DNA of 64,000 bases from Veillonella parvula (GTDB taxonomy: Bacteria; Bacillota; Negativicutes; Veillonellales; Veillonellaceae). The translations under genes were made by a program, and so were the position numbers. The stretch is taken from positions 122,793 through 186,792 of the forward strand of contig NZ_JAWFVO010000003.1 in NCBI RefSeq assembly GCF_032577575.1. Reading direction: 5' to 3'. Each line of letters opens with the position of its first letter. Within the stretch, counting starts at the first letter, position 1. Below the pieces are notes generated by a model, which saw only the letters and a list, made by a program, of their open reading frames with translations, was not told the origin of the DNA and made no database searches. Below, piece by piece: positions 39,003 through 50,871 of this stretch.

Positions 39003-39950
39003 ATGAATATTTCACCGATAGCTTTAAAAATTTGGGCCGTCCATAATACGACGAGCCGCATTACAACTAGAAAGAGCTTTCACGATACTTGGAAAACGGA
39101 GGATGAATTCCTCGCCATGATGAGCGAAATTCCCAACATCGATGATGTAGTGCATGAACTATCCGTAGCGGTAGATGACATGGACTGGATGGACGGTGCA
39201 GTATGCTGCTTTGATGCGGAGTTTCCAGTTATTAATGAAAGCGCCCCTAAAGGGGATTGTCCGTATCTCTTGTTCTACAAGGGGGATTTGTCCTTACTAG
39301 GTGATTTAAATCGTAATGTGGCGGTCATCGGTTATACGACGCCTAATGAAAATCTCATTGCTCGTGAAAGCAAGATTGTTGAGTATTTAGTCCATCATGG
39401 CCAACATATCGTAAGCGGCCTTGCTAAAGGCTGTGATGCCATCGGACATACGGTATGTATGGAACGTGGAGGAAAGACGATTGCCATCTTGCCATCACCA
39501 TTAAATGCTATTTCACCGGCAGACCATCGGGACATGGCCCATCAAATTATCGAAAAAGGTGGTCTTGTTATTTCTGAATACTACAATGGGCCGCGCAGTC
39601 GTCATGAAGCGATTAATCGTTATGTAGAGCGAGATCGGTTGCAAGCGTTATTTGCCAAGGCTGTAGTGCTCATCGCTAGCTATGAAGGCCGAGATGGAGA
39701 TAGTGGCTCCCGTCATGCTATGGGCAAAGCACACTCTTATGGACATCTAGCCTGTGTCATGTATGATGAAACGACAGATGGCGAAGTACTTGAGATGAAA
39801 TTGAACCGTAGCCTACTTTCACAGCAAAAAGCAAAACAATTGGTGACAAATCCAAGTGGAGTCGGTACGGCAGGATATAGCTCGGTAATGGTGGATGACC
39901 TCGTAAGCCTTGTGAATCCTGCATTAGAGGCACAGCAAAAACTATTTTAA
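39003..39950 (+). CDS. DprA/Smf-like protein (ShosA-like)
   Basis: PYLLFYKG, IVSGLAKGCD, GGLVISEY, ERDRLQA, SGS. Confidence 0.88.
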   Translation: MNISPIALKIWAVHNTTSRITTRKSFHDTWKTEDEFLAMMSEIPNIDDVVHELSVAVDDMDWMDGAVCCFDAEFPVINESAPKGDCPYLLFYKGDLSLLGDLNRNVAVIGYTTPNENLIARESKIVEYLVHHGQHIVSGLAKGCDAIGHTVCMERGGKTIAILPSPLNAISPADHRDMAHQIIEKGGLVISEYYNGPRSRHEAINRYVERDRLQALFAKAVVLIASYEGRDGDSGSRHAMGKAHSYGHLACVMYDETTDGEVLEMKLNRSLLSQQKAKQLVTNPSGVGTAGYSSVMVDDLVSLVNPALEAQQKLF

Positions 39951-39976
39951 TATTTTTATGACTAAAGGAGGTTCTT

Positions 39977-40513
39977 ATGTTTCACATTGTAGATGTAGAT
40001 AACACCTTGGTGTTCACCGACGAACTTAATACAGCGGGCTATGTACATGCTTTTGCCTGTGTGGACTTAGAACCTCGTAAGGTCGTGCCACGCATCACAC
40101 GTGAAATTGTGCAGGAATGGTATCCTCAGCTGACAAAGGGTGAAGTAATGCATATTACTAGACTCAAACAGGACTATGTAGAACGCCATTTAGAGGTATC
40201 TCAGCTGAACGAATCTGTAGCACGTGTGCTTGTTACCTATGGTAGTGAACGTTGTGCCCTGTGGACTGTGGCCAATCCTGAACGGGTGCGTATGTTACTA
40301 AGATACCATAAGATTACCGAATATAGAGCGATTCGCTTTAGCAATAAAAAAGAGGATGATGTAGCCCATGCTGTACAGGATTTCTGTGTACTCTTTGGTT
40401 GTGAGCCTGAGGACTTATGCTTTCACGAAGACAATCCTGAGGTTATTAACTATCTTCGGAATCTAGGATTGACCGTAATGGCTGTGGAATCAGTTGCAGA
40501 ATGTGGTAAATAG
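39977..40513 (+). CDS. HAD-superfamily hydrolase
   Basis: DVDNTL motif I; FHEDN motif IV. Confidence 0.75.
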   Translation: MFHIVDVDNTLVFTDELNTAGYVHAFACVDLEPRKVVPRITREIVQEWYPQLTKGEVMHITRLKQDYVERHLEVSQLNESVARVLVTYGSERCALWTVANPERVRMLLRYHKITEYRAIRFSNKKEDDVAHAVQDFCVLFGCEPEDLCFHEDNPEVINYLRNLGLTVMAVESVAECGK

Positions 40514-40613
40514 AGAAATAGGATTTGACAATGATAGGAATTGGTTGTTATATATTAAAACGTTTGTATAAAGAGAGTTTGTTATTATGTAGTATTATGC
40601 ATAGGGAGGATTT

Positions 40614-42869
40614 ATGAGATTTTTAACCTTAAGCACAACAGGTATATTTAATGCGATTCGACCATCGTTGTTTCTACCCATAGAAGGAAAGGAAACAACG
40701 ACATTTTTGCTTGCTTTGGATTATTATGTACCAGATCGATGTTTCTTAGAAGATGAACAAGAGGATGTGGAGGCAGCTCGAGAAAGGTATGATTTAGAAC
40801 GTAAACGTATTCGTGCTTTTGTAAAAGCACTTTACAATGACTGGGGAAAGCCTATAGAGGAGTTGCGAACAGAAGTTATCAATTGTTTGCCAGAGTTTAT
40901 TAGTCATGGTACCTATAATGGGGAATCATTATTATCTGAACCTCGTGATGGATATTATACTATTTATCCTATGTATAAAAGCTATCGAGGTAGGGATATG
41001 CTATTCCCAACACATCAATCTTCTAAAGAGGAGGCTCAGTATATATTCGATCATATGCTTAGATATTTTTTAAAGGCCTTCTTTGAACCAGATGCTTTTT
41101 TTGGTTATTTAGACGGTGCATTTCATATTGATACCCCTTTATCTGTCACAACAGTTCAACAGATTTTGGAAGATCTCGAGCGTGAAGCAGTACCATCTCC
41201 ATTGTCGGTTTCCTCAATTCCCAATACCTATACCCTGGACGAACCTACGATAATTAATACAGAGTTCCTATTAATCGCTGATGCCTTTGGTGCTTACATG
41301 GTACAAGCAATGGAAGGTGATACAGAGAGTGAACAGTTAGCTGCTTTAACAGAGGATCCATTTGTCTGTGAGATGTGTTGTAGTTTACATAAGTGTTTTA
41401 TGATTAACAATAGATGTTTTAGCATATCCATTTATGATGAATGTAATATTTGGGTAGATAAAATATTAGATGCTTATGTTATACATGATTATTTATAGAT
41501 TCTTAACGTTTATAATGATGAGTTTCCATCCTATGACGATGGGGTAATCGGCTATGAGAAACAATATCTTGTAGGACCTTTACTTGATAACCTTGTAAAA
41601 GACCTCACACGAAAGAAACTGTTAGTTCAGTTATCTCCTCAAAATGAGCAGCGTAAGGAGTATCTTAACTTTATACTCACCTATGATGAGGCAGTGCAGT
41701 CTATTTTTGAGGAAATATGTGAAAAAAAGATAAATCGACGAGACATCTATAAGCAGCAAGACTTAGCAACTGTACTAACTCTAGACGTTCGCCTGTGCTG
41801 TACATTTTATTGTATGATTGATGCATGTCGCTATGCTTTTAATAGACGCATGTATGCCGATATTTTACCGATTGTAGACAAGTTAGATGCTCAACTTGCA
41901 AAGGTACAAATTTCTGCGACAGATGCTTGGCAAGTTGAGTATTTAGTGAAAGTATCTCGCATATCTCAGTGGTATCGAGCACTAGCCTATGCTTGTTTAG
42001 GAGATGAAAGAATAGAGCCAATATTACAAGATTTAATGGTTATACAACAGCAGGATCCAGTTTTGTATAAAGAACATATAGATTCTATTTTTGAGAATTT
42101 AGACGATCCAGAACATGCTTTTAATATAGAACATTTACTCTATGCATTGCTACATTATTACATAGAAACAAATAATCAACTTGGCTATGAGCGTTATATT
42201 AAAGAGTTGTATCCACCAATATTAGGGATAGATTCAGATTACAAAGTACAAAAGAATATACTGTTATACGGTGAAGATGGTAAATATTGTGAAAATTATT
42301 CTAATAGAGATTTCTATTTATGGGTGAAAGCGTTGTGGGCGTTCTACTTAGATGATATTGATAAAGAATTTTGGAATGAATTGGCAGAACAATGGGAAAA
42401 ACAGGACTATATACCTATTTTTTATGGCATAAATGACTATGAGCTATGTGTTAACTATATGATTAAGCTAGCTGTTCATTTTGGAGATATGCAACGAGCC
42501 GAGAAATATAAAAAAGAATTTGATATGGCTCTTCCTAATAAGAAAGAACCTATGGAGGATGCACCTAGTGGATATACATGGCCTTTCTTCGATTGCTATA
42601 TAATAGCTCAAGTTAATGAAACGTTAGGAAATATAGAAATAGCAAAAGAATACTATCACAAAGCTCTTTCCATGGCTTCTTTTGGCGAAGCACGCTGGGA
42701 ACAATACGAAGAACAACATGGTGGCATATGGAAGACCTACAAAGACTTTGGTTATAGTGGACCAGATCTGAAATTTGAAGATTGGATTAAAGATAGTACC
42801 GTGACCTATGACACCATAGAAGAATATAAAAAAGCATTAGATAAGTATGTATTTTATATGTATAAGTAG
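40614..42869 (+). pseudogene. ~750-aa protein with TPR-like C-terminus, split by in-frame TAG at 41496
   Basis: Both ORFs are in the same frame and 41499-41693 is open. Confidence 0.75.
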
Positions 42870-43302
42870 AGACTATATAGAAAAATCTATATACCTATTT
42901 TTATAAAGATTTCCATACAAAATTTTATTTATAGATTGAGGTTATGAGCCTAAAATATAACTATATAGTTATTATCTTTATGCCTTAAAGAATAAAAGAA
43001 CTCGCTTAACAAAATGTTAGGAGGGTTCTTTTGTTTAAACTGTATATCGAAAAAAATAACTATCAAAATTTTATTAATAGTATTTCCTTAAAATATAATG
43101 AAAAGAAAATGAATTAAATATTGACGCAAAATCTGAAAAACCTTATAATTACTGTAACATTAGAAAAATCATTTACCACCAGTATTTACCTATGCTCATC
43201 GGCATTTTTAATCCCATGGGAGCTCAATCTGACCGTTTACGGTGTGAGGTTTGCCAAAACCTATTTTTAAGCCCCATGAATACTGGACTACTGAGGCCTG
43301 CT

Positions 43303-44069
43303 GTTGCAACAGCACTTACCGTTTACGGTATTGAAACATTAGCATCTTCTATGATGCTATTCATAGTTTCGCCATGTTGCAACAGCACTTACCGTTTACG
43401 GTATTGAAACAGCATAATATCAATGAAGTTATTGATGCTACAATTAAGGTTGCAACAGCACTTACCGTTTACGGTATTGAAACATACAATCAGAGCAGTA
43501 TTTTGGTTTGTCGGAGTTGAGTTGCAACAGCACTTACCGTTTACGGTATTGAAACTAAATTAAATATTCTCATCATATATTCACAATAATAATATAGTTG
43601 CAACAGCACTTACCGTTTACGGTATTGAAACCCATAATAGTAGCCATCATAAGATTCAGCTACTGCATCGTTGCAACAGCACTTACCGTTTACGGTATTG
43701 AAACTTCTAATAAAGAAACTTTTTCTTCCATAAAATCTCCTAGTTGCAACAGCACTTACCGTTTACGGTATTGAAACGCCCCATCAGGACGGCCACTCCA
43801 ATCAACGATTTGGCCAGTTGCAACAGCACTTACCGTTTACGGTATTGAAACTTTGATAACCAACGTAGACCGAAGAATGGATCTACGGGTTGCAACAGCA
43901 CTTACCGTTTACGGTATTGAAACTTGCCGACATCTGTATTGCCTGTACTGATATTGGCATTGTTGCAACAGCACTTACCGTTTACGGTATTGAAACGAGT
44001 AAGCTTCAAGCATACCACAAGTATCAGTGATTAGGTTGCAACAGCAATTAACGTTTATAGTATATTAAT
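43303..44069 (+). CRISPR. Array 6, family A (GCAC variant), 11 repeats/10 spacers
   Basis: GTTGCAACAGCACTTACCGTTTACGGTATTGAAAC. Confidence 0.97.
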
Positions 44070-44316
44070 AGAACCATTATTTTTAGTTTGATATATTGAT
44101 AGAGTTATCTCACTAATGCCAATGGTTCTATTTCTTTTGTTTATGGTATAATATAGCTAGATTTAAAACTCGGAAAACCAAATCTGCGCCGTTGTTATAA
44201 TGGTGCGGTTTATCGGCGTTATTTTAGTGGACTAAAGTACTTTTTAGGTCGGTTTTGTAATCTCCGCCGTTTTTTTCATTTTCCGATCAGTAAATACCTG
44301 TGATTTCAAAGACAGG

Positions 44317-45126
44317 GTTAAATAAAATAATCCCCATTAGGGGACGGAAACTCTTTATCATGGTGTTTCAGGATTACTTGTGTATATCCAGTATTGTTAA
44401 ATAAAATAATCCCCATTAGGGGACGGAAACCCTTTTTAGTAATAAAATTCGATAACTTGCGAACATTCAAGATGTTAAATAAAATAATCCCCATTAGGGG
44501 ACGGAAACTCATATATTAAAAATTCGCCTTGATTATTTTGTAAATACACGTTAAATAAAATAATCCCCATTAGGGGACGGAAACATCTTTCTGAGTATCG
44601 TCCCAGATTACACATCCAAGGTGTTGGTGTTAAATAAAATAATCCCCATTAGGGGACGGAAACAAATGTACATTCTATCTGTGAACAGACGTACTGTTAA
44701 ACCGTGTTAAATAAAATAATCCCCATTAGGGGACGGAAACTCTTTTTCAATAAGGCTTGCATATCCGCTTCTAGTTGGGCTGTACGTTAAATAAAATAAT
44801 CCCCATTAGGGGACGGAAACTATTGGATTTACCTGAGTCGTATCATACATCCCAGTGTATACAGTTAAATAAAATAATCCCCATTAGGGGACGGAAACCC
44901 TTTGCTATCAGTGGCAACCATGTATTTAAAGCCTTTCACGTGTTAAATAAAATAATCCCCATTAGGGGACGGAAACTTTTCAGCTTTTTTATCAACTAAT
45001 TGATATAGACCTTCACCAGTTAAATAAAATAATCCCTATTAGGAGACGGAAACCCGCCACCACGAATACCCTTAGTGTTCGCCAACGGTACAAGTTAAAA
45101 AGATAATCCCCACTAGGAGTCGGTTT
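44317..45126 (+). CRISPR. Array 7, family B, 11 repeats/10 spacers
   Basis: GTTAAATAAAATAATCCCCATTAGGGGACGGAAAC. Confidence 0.97.
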
Positions 45127-45394
45127 TTATCTCAAAAACTCATATGAGTACAAAAATATAACCAGTATATTCTTTTTAGTGAATATACTGGTTTTTTGTA
45201 TAAATCTGGTAGTTTTCTATTGGATTAAATTGGAAATGAATATATAATGAAAAAAGAGAGCTTTAATTCTTAGTAGTGTTTGGCGGCGATGTGAAGGCTA
45301 AGACATTTGTACTGCTGTAGAAATTCAATCGTTATCATCTTTAGACCCAAATTGATTCCTTAGCGTATTCATTTGTATAAAAGGAGGCGACTAT

Positions 45395-46390
45395 ATGTCA
45401 TCCTTATATGTTACAGAAGCAGGATCGTTTATCAAGCGTGACGGTGGTCATGTTGTAGTTGGTCGTAATAATGAGGTATTGTTCGAGGTTCCTTTAGAGC
45501 GAATCGAAGATATTACTGTCTTTGACTCAGTATCTATAACAAGCTCATTGGTAACTGATTTTATTGAACGTGGCGTACCGATTACATGGCTATCTGGTTA
45601 TGGCAAGTATTTTGGTACTATAATCAATACGAATACTATTGACATTAACAAACATAAGAAGCAATTTGATCTGTTAGATGATAATGCATTTAGAGTGGCT
45701 ATGTCACGTAAAATTATTCGGGCAAAGGTGCGTAATCAGCTGACTATTCTTCGCCGCTACGCACGTAATTTGGAAGAGGATATCAATATAGATGTACAGA
45801 TTGCGAATATTAAATCTGTACGTAGTCATATTGGTGAATGTATGCGTGTATCTGAACTCATGGGGTATGAAGGGCTGATAAGTCGTCTTTATTTTGAAGC
45901 ACTCGGTAAAATTGTGCCATCTGCCTTTGCTTTTACAAAACGTACAAAACAACCGCCTCGAGATCCGTTTAATGCCATGCTCGGATTAGGTTACAGCATG
46001 CTGTTTAATGAAATCTTAGCTGGTGTTATTAATGCAGGTCTCCATCCATTCGTAGGAGTCATGCATAGCCTAGCTAAAGGTCATCCAGCCCTCGCATCTG
46101 ACTTAATTGAAGAATGGCGGGCGCCAATTATAGATTCTATGGTGCTATCTATGGTGAGCCGTAATATGGTAGATTTATCTGAATTTGATAATTCTGATAA
46201 AGGTTGCTACCTGACAGCAGAGGGGCGTAAGGCATTTTTAATGGCCTATAATAAGAAAATTCGTTCTGAAAATCAATATATTGATGATTGTAAAAGCTAT
46301 CGTGAATCTATCTATAAACAGTGTAAGCAATTTGCTAGTGCAATTATACACGAAGATGTAGATTTGTATACGCCATTGGAGATTCACTGA
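45395..46390 (+). CDS. cas1: Cas1 (III-A-like)
   Basis: LMGYEG, RTKQPPRDPFNAMLGLGY, HPALASDLIEEWR. Confidence 0.95.
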   Translation: MSSLYVTEAGSFIKRDGGHVVVGRNNEVLFEVPLERIEDITVFDSVSITSSLVTDFIERGVPITWLSGYGKYFGTIINTNTIDINKHKKQFDLLDDNAFRVAMSRKIIRAKVRNQLTILRRYARNLEEDINIDVQIANIKSVRSHIGECMRVSELMGYEGLISRLYFEALGKIVPSAFAFTKRTKQPPRDPFNAMLGLGYSMLFNEILAGVINAGLHPFVGVMHSLAKGHPALASDLIEEWRAPIIDSMVLSMVSRNMVDLSEFDNSDKGCYLTAEGRKAFLMAYNKKIRSENQYIDDCKSYRESIYKQCKQFASAIIHEDVDLYTPLEIH

Positions 46391-46391
46391 T

Positions 46392-46667
46392 ATGAAAAAG
46401 TTTATCGTCCTAGTTATCTATGATGTGGTGGATAACAAAACGCGTAACCGTCTTGTTAAATGCTTGGAACGTTATGGCGTTCGTGTCCAAAAATCTGCAT
46501 TTGAAGCATTGCTTAATAGGAAGCAATATGATGCTATGATGCGGCGAGCTAGCAAGATGATTAATCCTATAGAGGACTCCTTACGAGTCTATGTCCTTGA
46601 TGACATTATAAATATCTATACTTGGGGGATTGGAGAACGTAAGGAACAAGACTGCATCATTCTTTAA
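46392..46667 (+). CDS. cas2: Cas2
   Basis: VIYDVVD, RVQKSAFE, DSLRVY. Confidence 0.95.
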   Translation: MKKFIVLVIYDVVDNKTRNRLVKCLERYGVRVQKSAFEALLNRKQYDAMMRRASKMINPIEDSLRVYVLDDIINIYTWGIGERKEQDCIIL

Positions 46668-46984
46668 ATATAAACAGTTACTCTCGATTAATACTGTTAC
46701 GATGTAGAGGTGTAATTAACAATAATAGGATCATTAATATTGGTAAAAGTATTTCAGGATTTGATGTTTTGTATTGATGATTCTATTATTGTAGTATCTA
46801 TTTCCCTATATGATATAATGGGTCTAGAATTTAACTCCTGAGAAATTAAATCTGCGCCGTTGTTATAATGGTGCTGTTTAACAGTGTTATTTTAGTTTGC
46901 TAAAGTGCTTTTTAGGATTAATTTGTAATCTCCGCCGTTTTTTGTGTTTTGGAACCAGTAAATATCTGTTGTTTCAAAGACAGG

Positions 46985-48265
46985 GTTAAATTAAATAATC
47001 CCCCAATGGGGACGGAAACCTCATCACAATAAGATGAATTAATATATAGTGCGACTATACGAGTTAAATTAAATAATCCCCCAATGGGGACGGAAACGAC
47101 TCAAAATAACTATTCAAGCGTTTTAAAATACTAAGAGCAGTTAAATTAAATAATCCCCCAATGGGGACGGAAACCTCACTCTTCCATTTATCCAAACGAT
47201 AGTTTAAATTACATGTTAAATTAAATAATCCCCCAATGGGGACGGAAACATTCTTCTGGTAAAAAATCGATAGAGTAACCAGAATACGCTTGTTAAATTA
47301 AATAATCCCCCAATGGGGACGGAAACAGATTTTCATTTCAAAACTCCTTTTTATTAAAAATTTGAGAATGTTAAATTAAATAATCCCCCAATGGGGACGG
47401 AAACTGGCCATCAAAACCGTACTCAAACGTTTGTTAAGTAAATATGGCGTTAAATTAAATAATCCCCCAATGGGGACGGAAACCCCTATGAACGCAGTTT
47501 GGCAAATTATCGACATGGCTACAGGTGTTAAATTAAATAATCCCCCAATGGGGACGGAAACTTATTCCATGTGTCTTTATCTCTTGCGTTCCTCTTGATT
47601 GCTGAAGTTAAATTAAATAATCCCCCAATGGGGACGGAAACGTATCGCCATCACGTAAGTTCAATTTTAGGTAAGCTGTTTTAGTTAAATTAAATAATCC
47701 CCCAATGGGGACGGAAACATTTACCGCTCTTTTCGTTTCGCTCTTATGGTGGCGATTTACCGGTTAAATTAAATAATCCCTTGATGGGGACGGAAACAAG
47801 TGATTGGCGTTCTTAACATGGAAATCTCTTGTACTAATAGTTAAACTAAATAATCCCCATTAGGGGACGGAAACAATGGGATAATCCATCCATTAACGAA
47901 TTCTGGATCATAATTGTTAAATTAAATAATCCCCTGATGGGGACGGAGACCCGTGGACTTTTTCGTATTCTGCTTCCCAGTCGACTTGCCCGTTCGATTA
48001 AATTAAATAATCCCCATTAGGGGACGGAAACTATATTTCTCGGATAGAATAGTGGAGTCCGAAGAAATTGATAGTTAAATAAAATAATCCCCATTAGGGG
48101 ACGGAAACGCCATATAGTGCTAACACTGGATGTAATAGGCATCAGGGACACTGTTAAATTAAATAATCCCCTTTAGGGGACGGAAACAGTTCGACATTTC
48201 TGACAAGGTAACTTCTTGCCTCACTAAGGCGTTAAATTAAATAATCCCTTTTAGGGGACAGAAAG
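46985..48265 (+). CRISPR. Array 8, family B, 17 repeats/16 spacers
   Basis: GTTAAATTAAATAATCCCCCAATGGGGACGGAAAC with mixed trailer variants. Confidence 0.97.
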
Positions 48266-48550
48266 GCACTACCTTATTATTGTAGGTAGTGCCTTATGTA
48301 TAATCTAAGGGTTTAATTGTCTTGTATTATAAATACTTAAGGTTTCGTTACTTTCTCTCTTGGAATGAAGGGTGGATTATTGAAATAAAATAAGTGATAT
48401 TTATAATATATAATATATTAAGTAACTATATTTATTATTTAGTGTGTATGGGATTGGGGAGCTTTCAAAGGATAAATATCATTTGCCATTTTCTATTGGT
48501 CATGGTGAATTTATTTTCTTTGGTGGTAACGAGGTTTCACTCACTATTTA

Positions 48551-48747
48551 TAACTGATTATTGTCATTGCTTTGGGATCCCTAGTATCCTTTATTTGTCT
48601 TACAAAAAGCAAATAGCCCTCCGTTACCTAGTTTAACTAGATAACTGAAAGGCTATTTACTAATCTTTTTTCGATTTCGAGATGCGCTCGATGTTTCGAC
48701 TTGTCTGACTATCTTTTAATATTATAGAGATAAAGGTATATCATCAA
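48551..48747. pseudogene. Type I TA remnant: toxin 3' fragment plus antitoxin half
   Basis: ..LVSFICLTKSK* after an in-frame TAA; downstream sequence homologous to 50583-50715. Confidence 0.65.
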
Positions 48748-48959
48748 ATTAAGATGAATATGTACAATTGTATTAGATTAGTATTCTTAAACGGATTTAT
48801 TTTTGAGTACTGATAATTAAATTTAATGATAAGATGTATAATAAAGTATAGTGATTCAAGCAACATAATTTGCATTAGGTATACTCTTGGCAAACCGCAT
48901 ATATGAATGTGTATGGTGTGCAATTCGATGATGTAGTTGGAGAATAGGAGGCGCATATT

Positions 48960-50303
48960 ATGGCAAGCACAGTAATCGATAGTAAAGTGTTTGGGGCATT
49001 ATTTAGTACTGATGAAATGAGACGTGTATTTAGCGATCTAAATCTTGTACAGAAATGGTTAGATACCGAGGCAGCTCTTGCACAGGCACAAGGTGAACTC
49101 GGTGTGATTCCTAAAACTCAAGCTGAAGATATCGTTAAGTATGCTGATGCTAAGGCTCTTAATATTGACGAGATTGGCGAGTTTTATAAATCCTCTATTA
49201 CCATTGTTCCTTTGTTGAAAGCTTTCAAAGAAATCCTGCCAGATAATGCAGGCGAATATGTCCATTGGGGAGCCACAAGCCAAGATATTGTCGATACAGG
49301 TCTTATCCTGCAAGAGAAAGAGGCATACCAAATTATCTTACGAGATATGAAATTGTGCCAACAACATGTACTTAATTTTGTAAAAAAATATAAAGATACC
49401 ATTATGTGTGGTCGTACTCATGTTATTCATGCGTTGCCGATTACATTAGGTTATAAAGTAGCCGTATGGGCCGATGAATTGGGGCGCGATATTCAACGGT
49501 TAGAAGAGATTGAAAAACGTGTATTTGTGGGGCAAATGTCTGGTGCGGTTGGTACATTAGCATCACAACCAGAAAAAGGCTTAGAAACACAACAACGCAT
49601 GATGGAAATTTTGGGGCTCGGTCAACCGACTATCTCCTGGCATGTTGCTCGTGATAGCCAAGCAGAGTTTGCTAGTACACTAGCTTTATGTGCAGGTACA
49701 TTAGGCCGCATCGCTCATGAAATATTAAGCTTACAACGTACCGAAATTCTTGAGTTAGAAGAACCGTTCTTCATGGGTAAAGTTGGTTCCTCTACCATGC
49801 CACATAAACGTAATCCTCAAGTATTAGAAAACATTATCGCTGTTTGTCGTAGCGTACGTACTATTGCTCCTGGTATTACGGAAGCCATGATCTGTGAAAA
49901 TGAACGCGATTGGGGATGTTTATTAACAGAATGGGAATCCATTCCAAGAGCCTGTGAATTATTGGCTGCTGCCTTAGAAAAATCTAAAGACGTATTAGAA
50001 AATCTTATTGTATATCCAAAACATATGGAATAAAACCTATACAAACTACGTGGCTTGATGATGAGCGAATGTATCATGATGCATTTGGCACCTCGTTTGG
50101 GCCGTATGACAGCACATTCCATTGTTTACCGTACATGTATGAAAGCCTATGAAGAAGAAGCACAAATGAAAGATGCCTTGATGGCTGAACCAGAGGTTAC
50201 GGAAGCCTTTACAGAAGCAGAAATCGACTATATGTTGGACCCTCATAACTACCTTGGTCTAGCCGTTCAATTTGCAGATCGAGTACTACAAAAATATAAA
50301 TAA
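48960..50303 (+). pseudogene. Adenylosuccinate lyase family gene with in-frame TAA at 50031
   Basis: HWGATSQD, GRTH, GSSTMPHKRNP; frame continues to 50303. Confidence 0.85.
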
Positions 50304-50480
50304 ATCACTATCCTATGAATACTAAAAAGCCCGTCCTAAGATGGGCTTTCCTTATATATTTATCTGTATATTTCTATTATTCGTTCCTTATTGTATCGTA
50401 TATTAGTTCGCTATATAATAAACTTAGGATAGTCAGATGAGGTTGGGCCTCTCTTCGTCATCGAAGGGAGGGATAAGCCT

Positions 50481-50582
50481 ATGAGTGATTATGAAATAAT
50501 CATGCTCTTATTACAGGTAATAACGGTTGTTATTGCCTTTGGGGCATTAATAGCGCTTATTTGTCTCACAAAAGACAAATAG
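50481..50582 (+). CDS. Type I holin-like toxin MSDYEIIMLLLQVITVVIAFGALIALICLTKDK
   Basis: GGGAGG RBS; MS.YE..IAFG.L pattern, single TM, Lys-rich end. Confidence 0.8.
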   Translation: MSDYEIIMLLLQVITVVIAFGALIALICLTKDK

Positions 50583-50681
50583 CCCTCCGTTGCCTAGTGT
50601 AACTAGATAACTGAAAGGCCATTTCCTAATCTTTTTTCAATTTCGAGATGCGCCTGACGTTACGACTCGTCTGACTATCTT
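50560..50681 (-). ncRNA. Putative antisense antitoxin RNA (3' end approximate)
   Basis: Minus-strand TTGACG-N17-TATAAT at 50715-50687, convergent with the toxin gene. Confidence 0.65.
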
Positions 50682-50871
50682 CTTATATTATAGTAAGGTT
50701 ATTATATATCGTCAAATTATGATGAACACGTGTATGGCATACAGTTTGATGATGGTATTGTAAAATGAGAAAACTCCTATTGGCTTTCACCGATAGGAGT
50801 TTTTGGTTTTATAATTGTAATTTTATAGCACTTTTAAGTCTATTATTAAGTGACAGATTATAACAAATTGA

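Noticed and set aside
48394..48956. ORFs 48394-48636 and 48744-48956
   Set aside because: AT-rich, no RBS; the region is better explained by the TA remnant and the lyase promoter
50724..50735. GAACACGTGTAT as a LexA box
   Set aside because: The right half deviates at two positions
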